Notes under the pieces: generated by a model
Seen by the model: the letters and a program-made list of their open reading frames with translations, nothing else
Databases searched by the model: none
What the model was told of the DNA's origin: nothing
Assembly (NCBI RefSeq): GCF_022045235.1
Contig: NW_027266297.1
Coordinates: forward strand, 6,014,001 to 6,078,000
Length of the DNA stretch: 64,000 nt
Reading direction: 5' to 3'
Source: Haliotis cracherodii
Lineage: Eukaryota
Shown here: positions 11,601 through 23,925 of the stretch, in pieces
Position numbering within the stretch: the stretch's first letter is position 1
How the letters are laid out: every line of letters starts with the position of its first letter
Position numbers and translations under genes: made by a program

Positions 11601-12326
11601 CTAGCCCGGTTGAACGCTCGTATACGGGGAAGGGGCCTATCGGCCAGAGAAATGTGGACACAACGGGATCAATTCACTAACAGTCAGTTACCTATCAACG
11701 ACAGGCAGTTGATAACTGACCAACATTCCCAGCGATCCAGCAATCACCGCCACAGCCAGAAGTCAAAAGCCCCGAAGGGAGTTCTACCCTCTAGTGCCCA
11801 GGTACAGGTTGGTGACCTGGTTTATCTTCACACAGACCGTAACAAGACTCGAGCTAGAGACCGCTACCTTGTGGTCCACTCAGATGGTTCTTGGTGCAAC
11901 ATTCAAAAGTTTGCCGGAAAGCAGTTGAGGAGTGCTTCATACAGAGTGAAACAGTCTGAGTGCTTCACAGTACCTAATTTCATGCCGCTGACGTCAGTAC
12001 GCACTCATGCAGGGGCCAATGAGGATGACGACACTGAAGGAGACCAGTCAATGGCAAGCTGCCATCAACCACCAGACCCCCCTCATATTCCTCTAATCCT
12101 TTCTAGTCCTCCAGAGAATGACCCTATACCTGAGTATCAGACTCATGAGATGCCTGCACCAGCCTGCAGTTCCCCTACTATCCAAACAGACCAAGAAGAT
12201 ACAGTCAGCGATATTCCCGGCCACGTCTACACCTCTGAACCCGTGACTAGTCAGGTACAGACACAGAGGTACCCTACACGCTCACGTCATCTACCCAGCC
12301 GTTTACGTGACTACGTCCTTGACTGA
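8634..12326 (+). CDS. pol: pol (C-terminal protease, RT, RNase H, integrase)
   Basis: RT motifs [21 protein letters not shown]; RNase H TDGA...EIEAL...LTDSKP...SDFSSR; integrase HHCC (HIQLDH...CHQC) and D-D35-E (FAAD, RTD, VAE). Confidence 0.95.
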   Translation: MRAMTKFLFEGLVVQDLDVDVIAGTPFLECNDVYTRPAKRQVHVGDNATYTYGSTDEPTTRHTVRRASLIRAPHVATVWPGEYLEVSLPDDMYSQDGTVAVEPRIDSRQVTTKDDYMWPPPSLLTSVSGRIRIPNLTDSPQTVRRHEHFCQVRPVAILPDNNATAHDPPTSCLKTSTVHHQDANYSSHVKLDPDSTIPPLVVASFKSLLEEYDTVFDPRFQGYNGKSGPFQAVVNMGPVLPPQRKGRVPQYSRDRLLELQTKFNELEDLGVFVRPEDANICVEYLNPSFLVKKSSGGFRLVTAFADVGRYSKPQPSLMPDVDSTLRQIAQWRHIISTDLTNAFYQIPLSRESMKYCGVATPFRGVRVYARSAMGMPGSETALEELMCRVLGELLEEGVVAKLADDLYCGGDTHEELLHTWKRVLQALHRNGLHLSAAKTVICPSTVTILGWIWNRGTIHASPHRIATLSTCAPPETTRGLRSFIGAYKVLARVIHGCATLLSPLDEALTGSQSKDKIIWSDDLSTAFAKAQAALSSNRTIVLPRPEDQLWIVTDGAVKSRGVGATLYVTRDSRQLLAGFFSAKLRGRQVSWLPCEIEALSVAAATKHFSPFIIQSHHNTCILTDSKPCVQAFEKLCRGEFSASPRVSTFLSTVSRYQATIRHLAGSANVPSDFSSRNAPDCTEPTCQICSFVRKTEDSVVRTMSVQEIIAGDAKLPFTSRAAWHDIQSDCQDMRRTHAHLLQGTRPSKKLTNIKDVKRYLHSVTIAKDGLLVVPRVEPLAPTRELIAVPRKVLDGLLTSIHIQLDHPSSHQLKQVVHRFFYALDMDRAIDQTTKSCHQCSSLQKMTHTIIEQSTSDPPESISTSFAADVLKRSRQLILVLRETVTSYTSACLIENERGDTLRDGLIRLCVELRPLDGPVAVIRTDPATGFASIINDKLLHKHRINLEIGRVKNVNKNPVAERAVQELEEELLRQDPLGGSVTVLTLCVTLARLNARIRGRGLSAREMWTQRDQFTNSQLPINDRQLITDQHSQRSSNHRHSQKSKAPKGVLPSSAQVQVGDLVYLHTDRNKTRARDRYLVVHSDGSWCNIQKFAGKQLRSASYRVKQSECFTVPNFMPLTSVRTHAGANEDDDTEGDQSMASCHQPPDPPHIPLILSSPPENDPIPEYQTHEMPAPACSSPTIQTDQEDTVSDIPGHVYTSEPVTSQVQTQRYPTRSRHLPSRLRDYVLD

Positions 12327-12618
12327 TATAGACAATCTGTGAGTTTATTCTCAAGCGAGTCATTGTGGACTCACACAGTGTGTTGGGCAGAATAATCCCA
12401 TAGACTTGAGGGCAGTCTACCCTATGACGGTCTATCCTATGCTTCATACATTTTGTTTGTCACTATTCCCATAATGTTACGTTTTCTCGTACATTATAGG
12501 CAATGTTTGTGTTACATTTAGTTCACACGGCGGTTAGTGTATGGTACCACCATTATGTCCATCTTAATTCCCAGGCAGAAAGCCCAATTCTTTACTCAGT
12601 TTCTGTTACTGGCCTTCT

Positions 12619-12636
12619 GGAGAAGGAAAGACGAAG
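12619..12636 (+). promoter_or_regulatory. Polypurine tract
   Basis: ggagaaggaaagacgaag, 3 nt before the 3' LTR. Confidence 0.8.
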
Positions 12637-12639
12637 TTA

Positions 12640-12834
12640 CGCCAATAGTGTTGGCTGGTTATTAGCGGTACGGAAGACTCCCGAGTTACCTCCCTTGTCT
12701 TCGCTCTTCTCCCTCTCATTATTTTGTACTCGCCTCGTGGTGTTTGGAAATAAAACCTCTCGCAACCGAAAAGCCTCTCCATCTTGTGTCCCAATCGTCA
12801 GTGGCCTAAGAGTGTCCGTCAAACCTTACTGGCG
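12640..12834 (+). repeat. 3' LTR
   Basis: Identical by eye to 6864-7058. Confidence 0.96.
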
Positions 12835-13703
12835 CAAGGTGTGTCAACTACGAACCAAGTCACATTTCCGTTTACCTGACTGGCACATTTCGTGTGTACA
12901 TATGATAGTCCGACTTTACAGAGTCTAAGCGATACTTTTTAAAGTTAATATAAAATCGATTTCAATATCATATCACGTTGATTTAAAACATGAAACAAAC
13001 CAATCGGTGAATGATTAAAAGGTGCCTTCCTAGTAGATCTAGGCATATATATTCTTAATTTGGTTATGTAATTTTGATTGAAAACAATTGAAAAAACGCT
13101 GATGTTTATGCGATAATATCCTGCTAATGATTCACATGTATGCATTCATCCGCAGATCACAACAGATGATCTTTTCTGTGTACCTTATAGTCATACAAGA
13201 GTTGCTCCCCTTTGACCAGCGACCACAAACCTCGGACTCCACACTTTGCAGACACGGAATATTGTCAGTTCAAACGAACAGAAACATTGAATGAAGATCC
13301 TGATAATGTCTTTGAGGAGATAAGTAAATGTATTAATTCATTCGTGATCATATGCGTTGTTTAACCACGATGTTGAGAAGAGTGTGTTTTTCAAATTTAA
13401 AAGTATACCGAGCATGAACGTTCTGGACTAAGCGAGGCCAGGTATACAACTGTATACAGTTGTATGGATGCTGATACACCAACCACTGGTTTATGTGCCA
13501 CAGGCCAGACAAACTGTGCCTGTCGTCAAGATGAAGCTGTGCTGCATACGGTGGATGTGGATTTGAAACAACGCCGCAATTCAAAGCCGTGCGAATACTT
13601 GCCATGGTTATTGTCAAGCAGATGGCCATCTTACACACAAAAAACCCAGATAAGTCTATTCACATAATACAGACCCTGTGTAGTCTAGCAATACAAAGAT
13701 TTT

Positions 13704-13960
13704 CACGCAAAGCAAATGACTGTCTATTCACGCAATACAAATGACTGTCTTATCACGTAGTACAAATGGTTGTCTATATATGCAATACAAATGACTGTCT
13801 ATCCACGCAATACAAATGGCTGTCTATTCACGCAATACAAATGGCTGTCTATTTACGCAATACAAATGACTGTCTATTCACGCAATACAAATGGCTGTTT
13901 AATCACGCAATACAAATTACTGTCTATTCACGTAGTACAAATGGCTGTCTATTCACACAA
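13704..13960. repeat. 25-bp minisatellite, about 10 copies
   Basis: Unit cacgcaatacaaatg(a/g)ctgtctatt. Confidence 0.93.
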
Positions 13961-14205
13961 TAGACTCCGCGAAATTCTGTTTCAGAGAGTGTTGAATCCT
14001 ACAGTTTTGTAGTCCATACCTGTCGTCAACCGGTTAAGTTTTGTCATAATATTTAATCAAATATACCGTTACTTCTACTTTTGTTAACCCGATACCCGAA
14101 TACCTGATGACAACCAGTTAAGTTATGTCATAGTATTGAATGAAATATATTCTATTTTCGTTATTTCTATTCCAAGTGAAATGCCGCCTACCAATTAACA
14201 CTTTT

Positions 14206-14455
14206 GACCGCCTCCGTGGTCTAGTGGTAGAGCGTCCGCCCGGAGAGTGGAAGGTCCGGGGTTTGATCCCCGGCCGCGTCGTACCAAAAAACGGTGCTTG
14301 TTGTTACCCTGTCGGGCGCTCGGCATTAAGGGGCTAAAACAAGGCGTGCTCGGAGTCAGTATACTGTGTCTAAGTAGGGTATTCATGTTAACTGCGGCAT
14401 GGTATCTCAGTAAGGTAGAACAGTAAATCGGCATTAGTCCGGACTAGTACAAGCA

Positions 14456-14504
<49 letters not shown>

Positions 14505-14570
14505 ATGCATGTCGCTATATATAAGTACAATAAACTTGGACGCGACGTTTAACCCAATTTCATCTCACTT
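14206..14570 (+). mobile_element. SINE family D, full length, with TSD and internal (CA)n
   Basis: tRNA head (tggtctagtgg; ggtttgatccc), core ccctgtcgggcgctcggcattaagggg; TSD attaa(c/t)actttt at 14194-14205 and 14571-14582; (CA)n at 14457-14500. Confidence 0.9.
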
Positions 14571-14865
14571 ATTAATACTTTTACATTTCTCACCTGATAT
14601 TTCTCAAGCTTCTTCTATCCCGCGGTCCATGTTTACATCACCGGGATCAACGTTTAACAAGTGTTCATATTTAATGTTTCGTCCTAAAGTGCACACTTCG
14701 CATTAAACTGGTTTAGTCAGCGTTGGTCAGAAAACACACCGAAAGTCCGCATTAGATGGGACATTCCTCAGATCCCACCCTAAAAAGGAGTAGTGTTTTA
14801 CATGCGTGTTGAGGAAAATACAACTATATTACTTAATCAGCTTTGTAAATAGGATACTGGATATA

Positions 14866-15157
14866 TACTGCACAAAAGAAGTTAAAGAAAACTCGATTTT
14901 GTTTCATTTAACAACAATTGTCATGGGGCGGTGGGATAGCCCAATGGTTAAAGTGTTCACTCGTCACACCGAAGACCCGGGTTCTTCGCCACAGCGGTAC
15001 AATGTGTGAAGCCCATTTCTGGTGTCCGCCCTGTGATTTAGCTGGAATATTGCTAAAAGCGGCGTCAAACTATACTCACTCACTCACTGTTATGGCGTGG
15101 CAGATTAGCTATAGTCACATGAAAACAGCTGGTGTTCCTAACTTCTTTTTAGTAGTA
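14866..15157. mobile_element. Possible Tc1/mariner-type MITE remnant carrying a SINE B insertion
   Basis: tactgcacaaaagaagttaa at left and an imperfect inverted taacttctttttagtagta at right; a similar end lies at 22257-22285. Confidence 0.35.
14925..15087 (+). mobile_element. SINE family B (short tRNA-derived, (CACT)n tail)
   Basis: ggggcggtggga tagcccaatgg head; ctggaatattgctaaaagcggcg tail. Confidence 0.88.
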
Positions 15158-15289
15158 TTCATACGTATGTTTCTTGCAACGGAATATGACCAAGCTCAGA
15201 AAAAAACTCCACTCTTTCCTCGACCAACTGAATCTATCAGATGCTGTGTTCACTTGTCAGGTGTAGTTGGTGGTTATTCCTCCTCGTCG

Positions 15290-15708
15290 GGGCACCATCC
15301 GTGTAGTGTAGTGGATAGAGCGTCTGCCATGAGGCGGAAGGTCGGTGGTTCGAGCCCCAGATCCCGCCTGACCCTCGGTATTAATGGGATACAACTGGTC
15401 GTGTCGGACTCGGTATACTGTGTGGGGTATTTGCGTTAAACTGCGTCAAGGTATCTCAGTGGGCTTGCACTATGGGGCCGGCATAAGTCCTGACTATTAC
15501 GAGCAGAGACACACACTCACAAAGGCATGCACGCAAGAATACATACATGCAGACACACACTCACAAAGGCATGCACGCACGAATACATACATACAGGCAC
15601 ACACTCACAAAGGCATGCACGCACGAATACATACATACAGACACAGACATACAGGGGCACTAATAGAATAACCTTGAACGCAACGTTAAACGTAATTTCA
15701 CCTCATTT
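15290..15708 (+). mobile_element. Family D-related SINE lacking the Meta-like core, with internal ~44-bp tandem x3
   Basis: tRNA head (tagtgtagtgg; ggttcgagccc), D-like body ggtatctcagtggg, tail cgttaaacgtaatttcacctca. Confidence 0.7.
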
Positions 15709-15801
15709 ATCTTACCTCATCGTCGAATTATTAAAATCGAGGTATAGAAACTATGGGTCTACGGCTTAAGTATAGTAAATCTTGGGTGGTGGCCGTATCG
15801 G

Positions 15802-17482
15802 GTCAGGCACAGTAAGATTTGGATGATTGACGCATCAGGCACAGTAAGATTTGGGTGATTGACGCATCAGGCACAGTAAGATTTAGATGACTGGCCCATC
15901 ATGTTCAGTAAGATTTGGGTGATTGACGCATCAGGCACAGTAAGATTTGGATGATTGACGCATCAGGCACAGTAAGATTTGGTGATTGACGCATCAGACA
16001 CAGTAAGATTTGGATGATTGACGCACCAGACACAGTAAGATTTGGATGATTGGCGCATCAAGAACAGTAAGATTTTGGTGATTGACGCATCAGGCACAGT
16101 AAGATTTGATGATTGACGTATCAGGCACAGTAAGATTTGGGGATTGACACATCAGGCACGGTAAGATGTGGATGATTGACGCATCAAGCACAGTAAGATT
16201 TGGTGATTGGCGCATCAGGCACAGTAAGATTCGGATAATTGACGCATCAGGCACAGTAAGATTTGGTGATTGACACATCAGGCACGGTAAGATGTGGATG
16301 ATTGACGCATCAAGCACAGTAAGATTTGGTGATTGACGCATCGGCCACAGTAAGAATCGGGCGATTCGCGCATTAGGCTCAGTAAGATTTGGGTGATTGA
16401 CGCATCAGGCACAGTAAGATTTGGATGATTGACGCATCAGGCACAGTAAGATTTGGATAATTGACGCATCAGGCACAGTAAGATTCGGGTGATTGGCGCA
16501 TCAGGCACAGTAAGATTAAGGTGATAGACGCATCAGACACAGTAAGTCTTGAATGATTGACGCATCAGACACAGTAAGACTTGGATGACTGGCCCATCAT
16601 TCACAGTAAGATTTGGGTGATTGACGCATCAGGCACAGTAAGATTTGGATGACTGGTCCATCATGAACAGTAAGATTCAGGTGATTGGCGTATCAGGCAC
16701 GGTAAGACTTGGATGATTGACGCCTCAGGCACAGTAAGATTTAGATGACTGGCCCATCATGTTCAGTAAGATTTGGGTGATTGACGCATCAGGCACAGTA
16801 AGATTTGGATGATTGACGCATCAGGCACAGTTAGATTTGGATGATTGACGCATCAGGCACAGTAAGATTTGGTGATTGACGCATCAGACACAGTAAGATT
16901 TGGATGATTGACGCACCAGACACAGTAAGATTTGGATGATTGGCGCATCAAGAACAGTAAGATTTTGGTGATTGACGCATCAGGCACAGTAAGATTTGAT
17001 GATTGACGTATCAGGCACAGTAAGATTTGGGGATTGACACATCAGGCACGGTAAGATGTGGATGATTGACGCATCAAGCACAGTAAGATTTGGTGATTGG
17101 CGCATCAGGCACAGTAAGATTTGGATAATTGACGCATCAGGCACAGTAAGATTTGGTGATTGGCGCATCAGGCACAGTAAGATTTGGATGATTGGCGCAT
17201 CAAGAACAGTAAGATTTGGGGATTGACGCATCAGGCACAGTAAGATTTGGTGATTGGCGCATCAGGCACAGTTAGATTTGGATGATTGACGTATCAGGCA
17301 CAGTAAGATTTGGGGATTGACACATCAGGCACGGTAAGATGTGGATGATTGACGCATCAGGCACAGTAAGATTTGGTGATTGGCGCATCAGGCACAGTAA
17401 GATTTGGTGATTGACACATCAGGCACGGTCAGATGTGGATGATTGACGCATCAAGCACAGTAAGATTCGTGTGATTGGCGCA
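15802..17482. repeat. 31-32-bp satellite, about 52 copies
   Basis: Unit gattgacgcatcaggcacagtaagatttggat. Confidence 0.97.
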
Positions 17483-17794
17483 TAATTGGTGGGGTGTCAC
17501 AATTGTCGCGCCCATGGGGATACCTAATTCTTACCTAAATGTGCTGTACCCAAACACATTGTACATATATGTTGTCAATGAGGAAGTCCAGCATTTCACA
17601 TATTGTCCGATGTCACTGCTTTCTTTTTGACGAATTGAAGTTTTGAAGATACAGATGTAACTATATCTGTGGTCACATTTAGTGTCAAATGTCGTGTGGG
17701 AAAGTGGTACACAGATTTGAAAAATCAATTGTTTGCACAACTGAACTTGGTTCTTTCAGGAGATTGCAAAATTCAAACAAATCCTTTGAGCTTG

Positions 17795-18720
17795 AGAATC
17801 AGGCGTGGTATAATTTGGGGTTTGACACATCAGCATAGTAAGATTTCATTGGTGACGCTTCAGGATTAGAGAATTTGGTGCTTGACGCACCAGCCATAGT
17901 ACGATTTGAGTGATTAACACATTAGCATAGAATGATTTCATGATTGATGCTTGATGCATATAGATTTGGGTGCTTGACGCACCAGGCATTGTACGATTTG
18001 AGTGATTGACACATTAGCATTGGATGATTTCATGATTGATGCTTGAGGCATATAGATTTGGGTGCTTGACGCACCAGGCTTAATAAGATTTGGGTGATTG
18101 ACACATTAGCATAGAATGATTCCATGATTGTTGCTTGAGGCATATAGATTTGGTTTGCTTGACGCACCAGGCATAGTAAGATTTGGGTGATTGACACACT
18201 ACATAGAAAGATTTCACGATTGACGTACCAGGCATAGTGAGATTTGGGTGAATGACATTTAGGACATTGTTAGGTTTAATGATTGGCGTATCAGGCCCTG
18301 TGATATTTGAGTGATTGACACATCAGCATAGAAAGACTTCAGGATTGACGTACCAGGCATAGTGAGATTTGGGTGAATGACATTTAGGACATTGTTAGAT
18401 TTAATGATTGACACATCAGGCCCAGTGATATTTGAGTGATTGACACATTAGCATAGCAAGATTTCAGGATTGACGTACCAGGCATAGTGTGATTTTGGTG
18501 AATGGCATTTAGGACATTGTCAGATTTAATGATTGACGCACCAGGCCCTGTGATATTTGAGTGATTGACACATCAGCATAGAGAGATTTCAGGATTGACG
18601 TATCAGGCATAGTGAGATTTTGGTGAATGACGTTTAGGACATTGTTAGATTTAATGATTGACGCATCAGGCCCTGTGATATTTGAGTGATTGACACATCA
18701 GCATAGAGAGATTTTGGTGA
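17795..18720. repeat. Diverged relative of the 32-bp satellite, arranged as 92-bp and 125-bp higher-order units
   Basis: gattg(a/t)tgcttga at 17942, 18034, 18126; aatg(a/g)c(a/g)ttt at 18251, 18376, 18501, 18626. Confidence 0.88.
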
Positions 18721-18889
18721 AAAGGTTCGGTTCGGGGGAATGGTGTCATTCAGGTGGTTTTCGATCACGCATTGTTCTACAATTGCTGGTGAAAATCGTT
18801 ACCTCGCTTTTTGTCATTACATCGACCCGCTAAACAAGTGATTGTAACTGTTTAAACTATTACATGGCTACTAACTACTGGTGGAATAC

Positions 18890-19041
18890 GGGGCGGTGGG
18901 GTAGCCTAGTGGTTAAAGCGTTCGCTCGTCACGCTGAAGACCCGGGCTCGGTCCTTCACAATGTGTGAAGCCCATTTATGGTGTGTGGTGCCGTGATTTT
19001 GCTAGAATATTGCTAAAAGCGGCGTAAAACCGTACTCACTC
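18890..19041 (+). mobile_element. SINE family B with 13-bp TSD
   Basis: TSD actggtggaatac at 18877-18889 and 19042-19054; A box tagcctagtgg. Confidence 0.92.
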
Positions 19042-20461
19042 ACTGGTGGAATACACAGTTTGTTCATCAACAAGCTTCTTATATTTCAAGGACATCCTAT
19101 CAACACACAAATCGCGACCGACAGAATGTGTCACGGAGAGACTCATGTATTGGAAACCACTAACGCTTAAAGACAAAGCCAGAAGAACAAAAAAAACACA
19201 ATTTGTGTGTGTCATCTTAATTGAAACTCAACGTGCTTCTGCTTTTTATGAGAGGATATAATACTCCATCCATGTGATACCTTTCATAATGCAGTTATAA
19301 GCATCCGTCACTGCACGTGTGTGCACATGCACAAACATGCACTGGGGTATTTACTGCGCTAACCTGACCAGATGCTACGTTACTCGGACATATTTAATGG
19401 CCTTGATTAAAACACAACAACGCCGTATTCGATTACCAAGCTGTATGATCAACTGCCGCTTGGTAATTAGACTAATGCGACACGCACTAATTACCAGCTG
19501 TCGGATAGCTGCTGATACAGAAAAAGCATGTTCACTGTGCACTTTGATAGTGAGTGCTTTTATGGAATCTTCAAGTTATCCAATTCTGTGAAAGATTTAT
19601 CGTCATGCATTTTCATGCGCTTCGTCATAAACTAAAGCCCATATGGATTCATACACGTAAAGTATATTTTCATTGCTCTCCGTTTAGGTATATTGCAATC
19701 TGGATCATAAAGTTGTGATGAGGATGGGGACGTCATTATGGGAAAAAATAAGAAATGGCTGAAATACAAATATATGGATAGCGTAGCCCGTGCTTCTATT
19801 ATGCCCGGTGCAATAAAGGCAAACTAAAATAATTGGTAGGAACATGGTTTATTGGTTTCAACTTATGCTTGCAGTTTCCATGTCGACCTCTGCCCCCGCG
19901 GCCAAAAAATCAAGCTGACAATATACAGAGGATTATTTTTGGCAAATATTCTCTGGTTGAATCTCAAGGGGCGACAATCTACATAGTTTATTGGATAGCA
20001 ATATGACACATGCAGCCTTCATTGCCACAGTTAATAAATATTATCAGAGCTATAAAGAGCATGGGAGACGGCAGTCGGGACAAACGATGCGGCATTTATC
20101 ACTCACCAGCATCCGTAGTCAATCTTAGAGTAATGTAGGCCTGCTTGGAATTCTGTCAGATGAACTCACAATTGCTCTGCGTGGTGAGTGCGTGAGGTTG
20201 CAGTATAAAATTTGCATTTGTTTTCTATTGCTTATGTTTTATTTATTTTCGGATAGGGAAAACATGTACTTCGTCTACAAGCTCCACTGAATGAATATTA
20301 CGACATCAAATACGGTCTTTTGAACGCAACGACAGCAAATAGGGTCTTTTGACTGCTGCCTCATCCATTTAACCCGAGTCTGATTGTGACGTCATTTTTT
20401 TTTTGTGTACACGTATATTTCTGAAATGCGTACATATATATCGCGATTAATATGACAGTCA

Positions 20462-20739
20462 GCACCTGGGTGGCCCAGTCGTCTAAGGCGCCGCGATTCG
20501 CTGTGCAGAGTTGCGTCCCTGAGGCACGCCAGAAACCTATGATTGGGGGTTCGAATCCAGGTTCGCCCCGATTATGTTTCTAGGTTTGTCAGCACCATAC
20601 CCGTGCTCGTGGGTTTCACCGAAGTGGTAAACGTCTGAGACCTGCATCACTTCGGGCTTTCCTCCCACATTAAGCTGACACGCCGCGATATAACTGGAAT
20701 ACTGTTAACAGCGGCGTTAAACCCAACTCACTCACTCAC
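20462..20739 (+). mobile_element. SINE family C (elongated tRNA head, V-domain-like core)
   Basis: A box tggcccagtcg, B box ggttcgaatcc; core cgtgggtttc...ggctttcctcccacatt resembles the V-SINE domain; (CACT)n tail. Confidence 0.88.
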
Positions 20740-21345
20740 ACCCAAGTTTGCTATACTGTCACGCCCAAGTTCGCTATACTGTCACGCCCAAGTTCGCTAT
20801 ACTGTCACGCCCAAGTTCGCTATACTGTCACGGCAATGTTTCCTGTACTGTCACGGCAATGTTTCCTGTACTGTCACGACAATGTCCCCTATACTAACTG
20901 TCACGCAATGTTTCCTATACTGTCACGACAATGTCCCCTATACTCACTGCCACGCAATTTTTCCCATAATGTCACGGCCAAGTTTGCTATACTCACTGTC
21001 ACGGCCATGTTTGCTATACTGTCACGGCAATGTTACTCATAATGTCACGGCAATGTCCCCGATACTGTCACGGTCAAGTTCGCTATACTGTCACGACAAT
21101 GTCCCCTATACTGTCACGGTCAAGTTCGCTATACTGTCACGGCCGAGTTTGCTATACTCACTGTCACGGCAATGTTTCCTATACTGTCACGGCAATGTTA
21201 CTTATAATGTCACGGCAATGTTCCCGATACTGTCACGATCAAGTTCACTTTACTGTCACGGCCGAGTTTGCTATACTCACTGTCACGGCAATGTTTCCTA
21301 TACTGTCACAACCAATTTCGCTGTACTATCTCTTACGGCAATGCA
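20740..21345. repeat. ~23-bp minisatellite with two variant units, directly abutting the SINE C tail
   Basis: ctatactgtcacgcccaagttcg / ctatactgtcacggcaatgtttc. Confidence 0.92.
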
Positions 21346-22800
21346 TGATTTACGGACTTCTTTAAAATCGGACAAGTTGGTTGACCTTTCACTCATGAAC
21401 CGTCAAACACTCCATCAGTTGTGGAGAGTGTTACACAGTGCACACGTCAGCCCAGCTCACAAGACTGTTCCAACAAGTACCGTATGCCACGGAGCACATT
21501 GTGGATGCGGAGATGTGTTGATAACGGTGTATTTCCTAGTACACTCTTATCCAACACAGAATAGAACTTGTTCCAGATTTTAACGATGCTCATTACGGCA
21601 GATTGGTCGTGTCTATCTAGGATTGCAATGGTTGTAGGAAGGGCACTGCCGTGTACTAATTGCTTCTTCAGTCGCTGAGTAGAAAAGGCTACGAGAAATT
21701 CAGACATTTTCGTCAATTATGAGCCAGAATCGCAACTTACGGTTTAAAGGTATTGATTTGACCTCTGTGAGCGAGGACGTATACAAATTGTTGTGTGTTG
21801 GAAGTGGCTAAAAGAGATTCCGCGGCGTTTCTTCTTGCTGTTTAGAATCTCATTTAACAACTTAGAAACTTAATTACGGTATTTTTTTTCAAACGGGCCT
21901 GTCTTCTTGTCTTCATTGATAGTCAACAGTCAGTTGCGTTAAGGATCCGATTTACAAGACGGACATCAATACGTGTGTAAATTGATTAAAACTGTCACCT
22001 CGACCACCGAGGTACGCCCGACTCCGAATGCAAGGAGACAATAATCACAAATACGAAGGCTATTAGCATAAAGGTATTTGCATAAAACTTCAAAGATAAA
22101 ATCGCCATGCTTTTTGCATGTAAAAACTTAAATTGACGAATTTATCTTGTTTATATCTGAAATATATACATTGTGGTACAAATGTCTGCTAATTGTTGAT
22201 TGTTGACAGTCGTAACGTTTTAAATGTATGAAACTTGATATATATTCTCATGTATATATACTACGCAAAAGAAGTTAAAGATCACACGATGTTCTTCATG
22301 TGACTATAGTTTGACATTGTCTTTCTACATTAATTCTGCCTTGTGTCAAGTATTCACTTTCTTCCAACTTCTAATGCCAACCAAAGACTTTAGAGTTAAT
22401 CTGTCAGGACATGACAGACTACATATTGTCATGTAAATAAATCGGGTGTTTTTTTAAACTGCCTTTGAGTTGAATACATTTGCGCTCTTAAGGAATATTT
22501 GTTCAAGGAGCTTACTTATTTATTACGTATCAAATTTGTTCAATTGTTTAAAGGTTTATTTAGGTACTGCACGGAAAGTCTAAAGCTGTTTGATCAACGA
22601 TCACATTTTAGAAAAAAGAGTTTCAAAGAGTACGTAGTGTGTTTGTTTGTTTATGTGAAAACCTCAAGAGAGTGAGTAAGTTTTACATCGCATGAGCAAT
22701 AGTTCAGAGTGGGATTTATTAAATTTTAAAAGATCAAGAACTTGTCGAGTAAAGAATGTCCAACATTTTATCCCGGATTGAATATAAAACAAAGTCGTTG

Positions 22801-23078
22801 GAGTGAGTAAGTGAGTTTGGTTTAACGCCCCTTTTAACATTATTGCAGTTATATCACGGCGTGTCAGCTTAATGTGGGAGGAAAGCCTGTGATTGGGGTC
22901 TCAGACGTTTACCACTTCGGTGAGACCCACGAGCACAGGTATGGAGCTGACAAACCCAGAAACGTAATCGGGGCGAACCTGGATTCGAACCCACAATCAT
23001 AGGATTCTGCCGTGCCCAAGGGACGCAACTCGGCACAGCGATTCGCGGCACCTTACACCACTGGGCCACCCGCGCCCC
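22801..23078 (-). mobile_element. SINE family C
   Basis: Homologous to 20462-20739; imperfect TSD aaagtcgttgga / aaagtaattgga. Confidence 0.88.
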
Positions 23079-23677
23079 AAAGTAATTGGAAGTTAAAGGA
23101 CATACATGTATATATGATATCAACACTTTCAGGTATGACAATTACAATACCGACTATTGGTCACAAGCAACCATGTTTCTTTTTTCTTCAAAAGATTATA
23201 TGGCTATATATGCCAAAAATGCAATTACCCTGAGAAACAAATTGTTAAACATTAGCATATATCCAAATATGTAAAACTACTTGTATGTACTTCCTTTGTG
23301 TATGGGTCGGAGGCCTTACATGCAATAAAACTCTTTGACCTGACCTTGACCTTGTGTTGTTTGTTCATCACCATAATGCCGAGCGGAAGGCAGAGTAACA
23401 ACAAGGACCATATTCTAACGTATTTCTGATTTGACGCGACCGACAGACGCTGTATCGATCATGTTCGATAGGTGTTTAGCTGATTATTTACGAGGATTTT
23501 TAAGGCGCTAGTTGACGAAGGATATACAAGGTTCTGTTGTAAGACAAGAATTATGCTGTTCTATCCACGGAGGATATCATATATAAGTTTAATTACATAG
23601 TGGTGACTAGTCTTGTTGTATATGACACCGCCGACATACATGTTATAAATAATAGGGACCCATTAAAGCGACAGTTG

Positions 23678-23925
23678 TGTGAGTTAGTTAGGTTTGACGT
23701 CGCTTTGAACAGGATTCCAGTTATATCACCGCGTGTCAGCGGGAGGAAAAGCCAAAGTGATGCAGGTTTTAGACGTTTATCACTTTGGTGAAACCCACGA
23801 GCACAGGTATGGTGCTGACAAACCTAGAAACATAATCGGGGAGACCCGGGATTCGAACCCACGGTCATAGATTTCTGGCTTGTCCAAGGGAAGCAACTCA
23901 GCACGGCGAAGAGTTGTGTGGCGGT
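23678..23925 (-). mobile_element. SINE family C (diverged)
   Basis: aaacccacgagcacaggtatggtgctgaca core and ggattcgaacc B box. Confidence 0.82.

Larger units (their letters stand above)
6864..12834 (+). mobile_element. Full-length Gypsy-superfamily LTR retrotransposon, Troyka-like (CG...CG termini, 3-bp TSD CAA)
   Basis: Two identical 195-bp direct repeats, PBS, PPT, gag-PR-RT-RH-IN order; caa at 6861-6863 and 12835-12837. Confidence 0.96.

Noticed and set aside
12327-12928. Possible env/ORF3 (141 aa) after pol
   Set aside because: Only ~310 bp separate pol from the LTR, and the ORF runs through the LTR into flanking DNA; no env features.
14206-14280. tRNA genes at SINE heads (also 18890, 20462, 49240)
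   Set aside because: A/B boxes are present, but acceptor stems are incomplete and each continues into a shared SINE body, several with TSDs.
20836-21583. Cys/His-rich ORFs (LYCHGNV repeats)
   Set aside because: Translations of the 23-bp tandem repeat in several frames.
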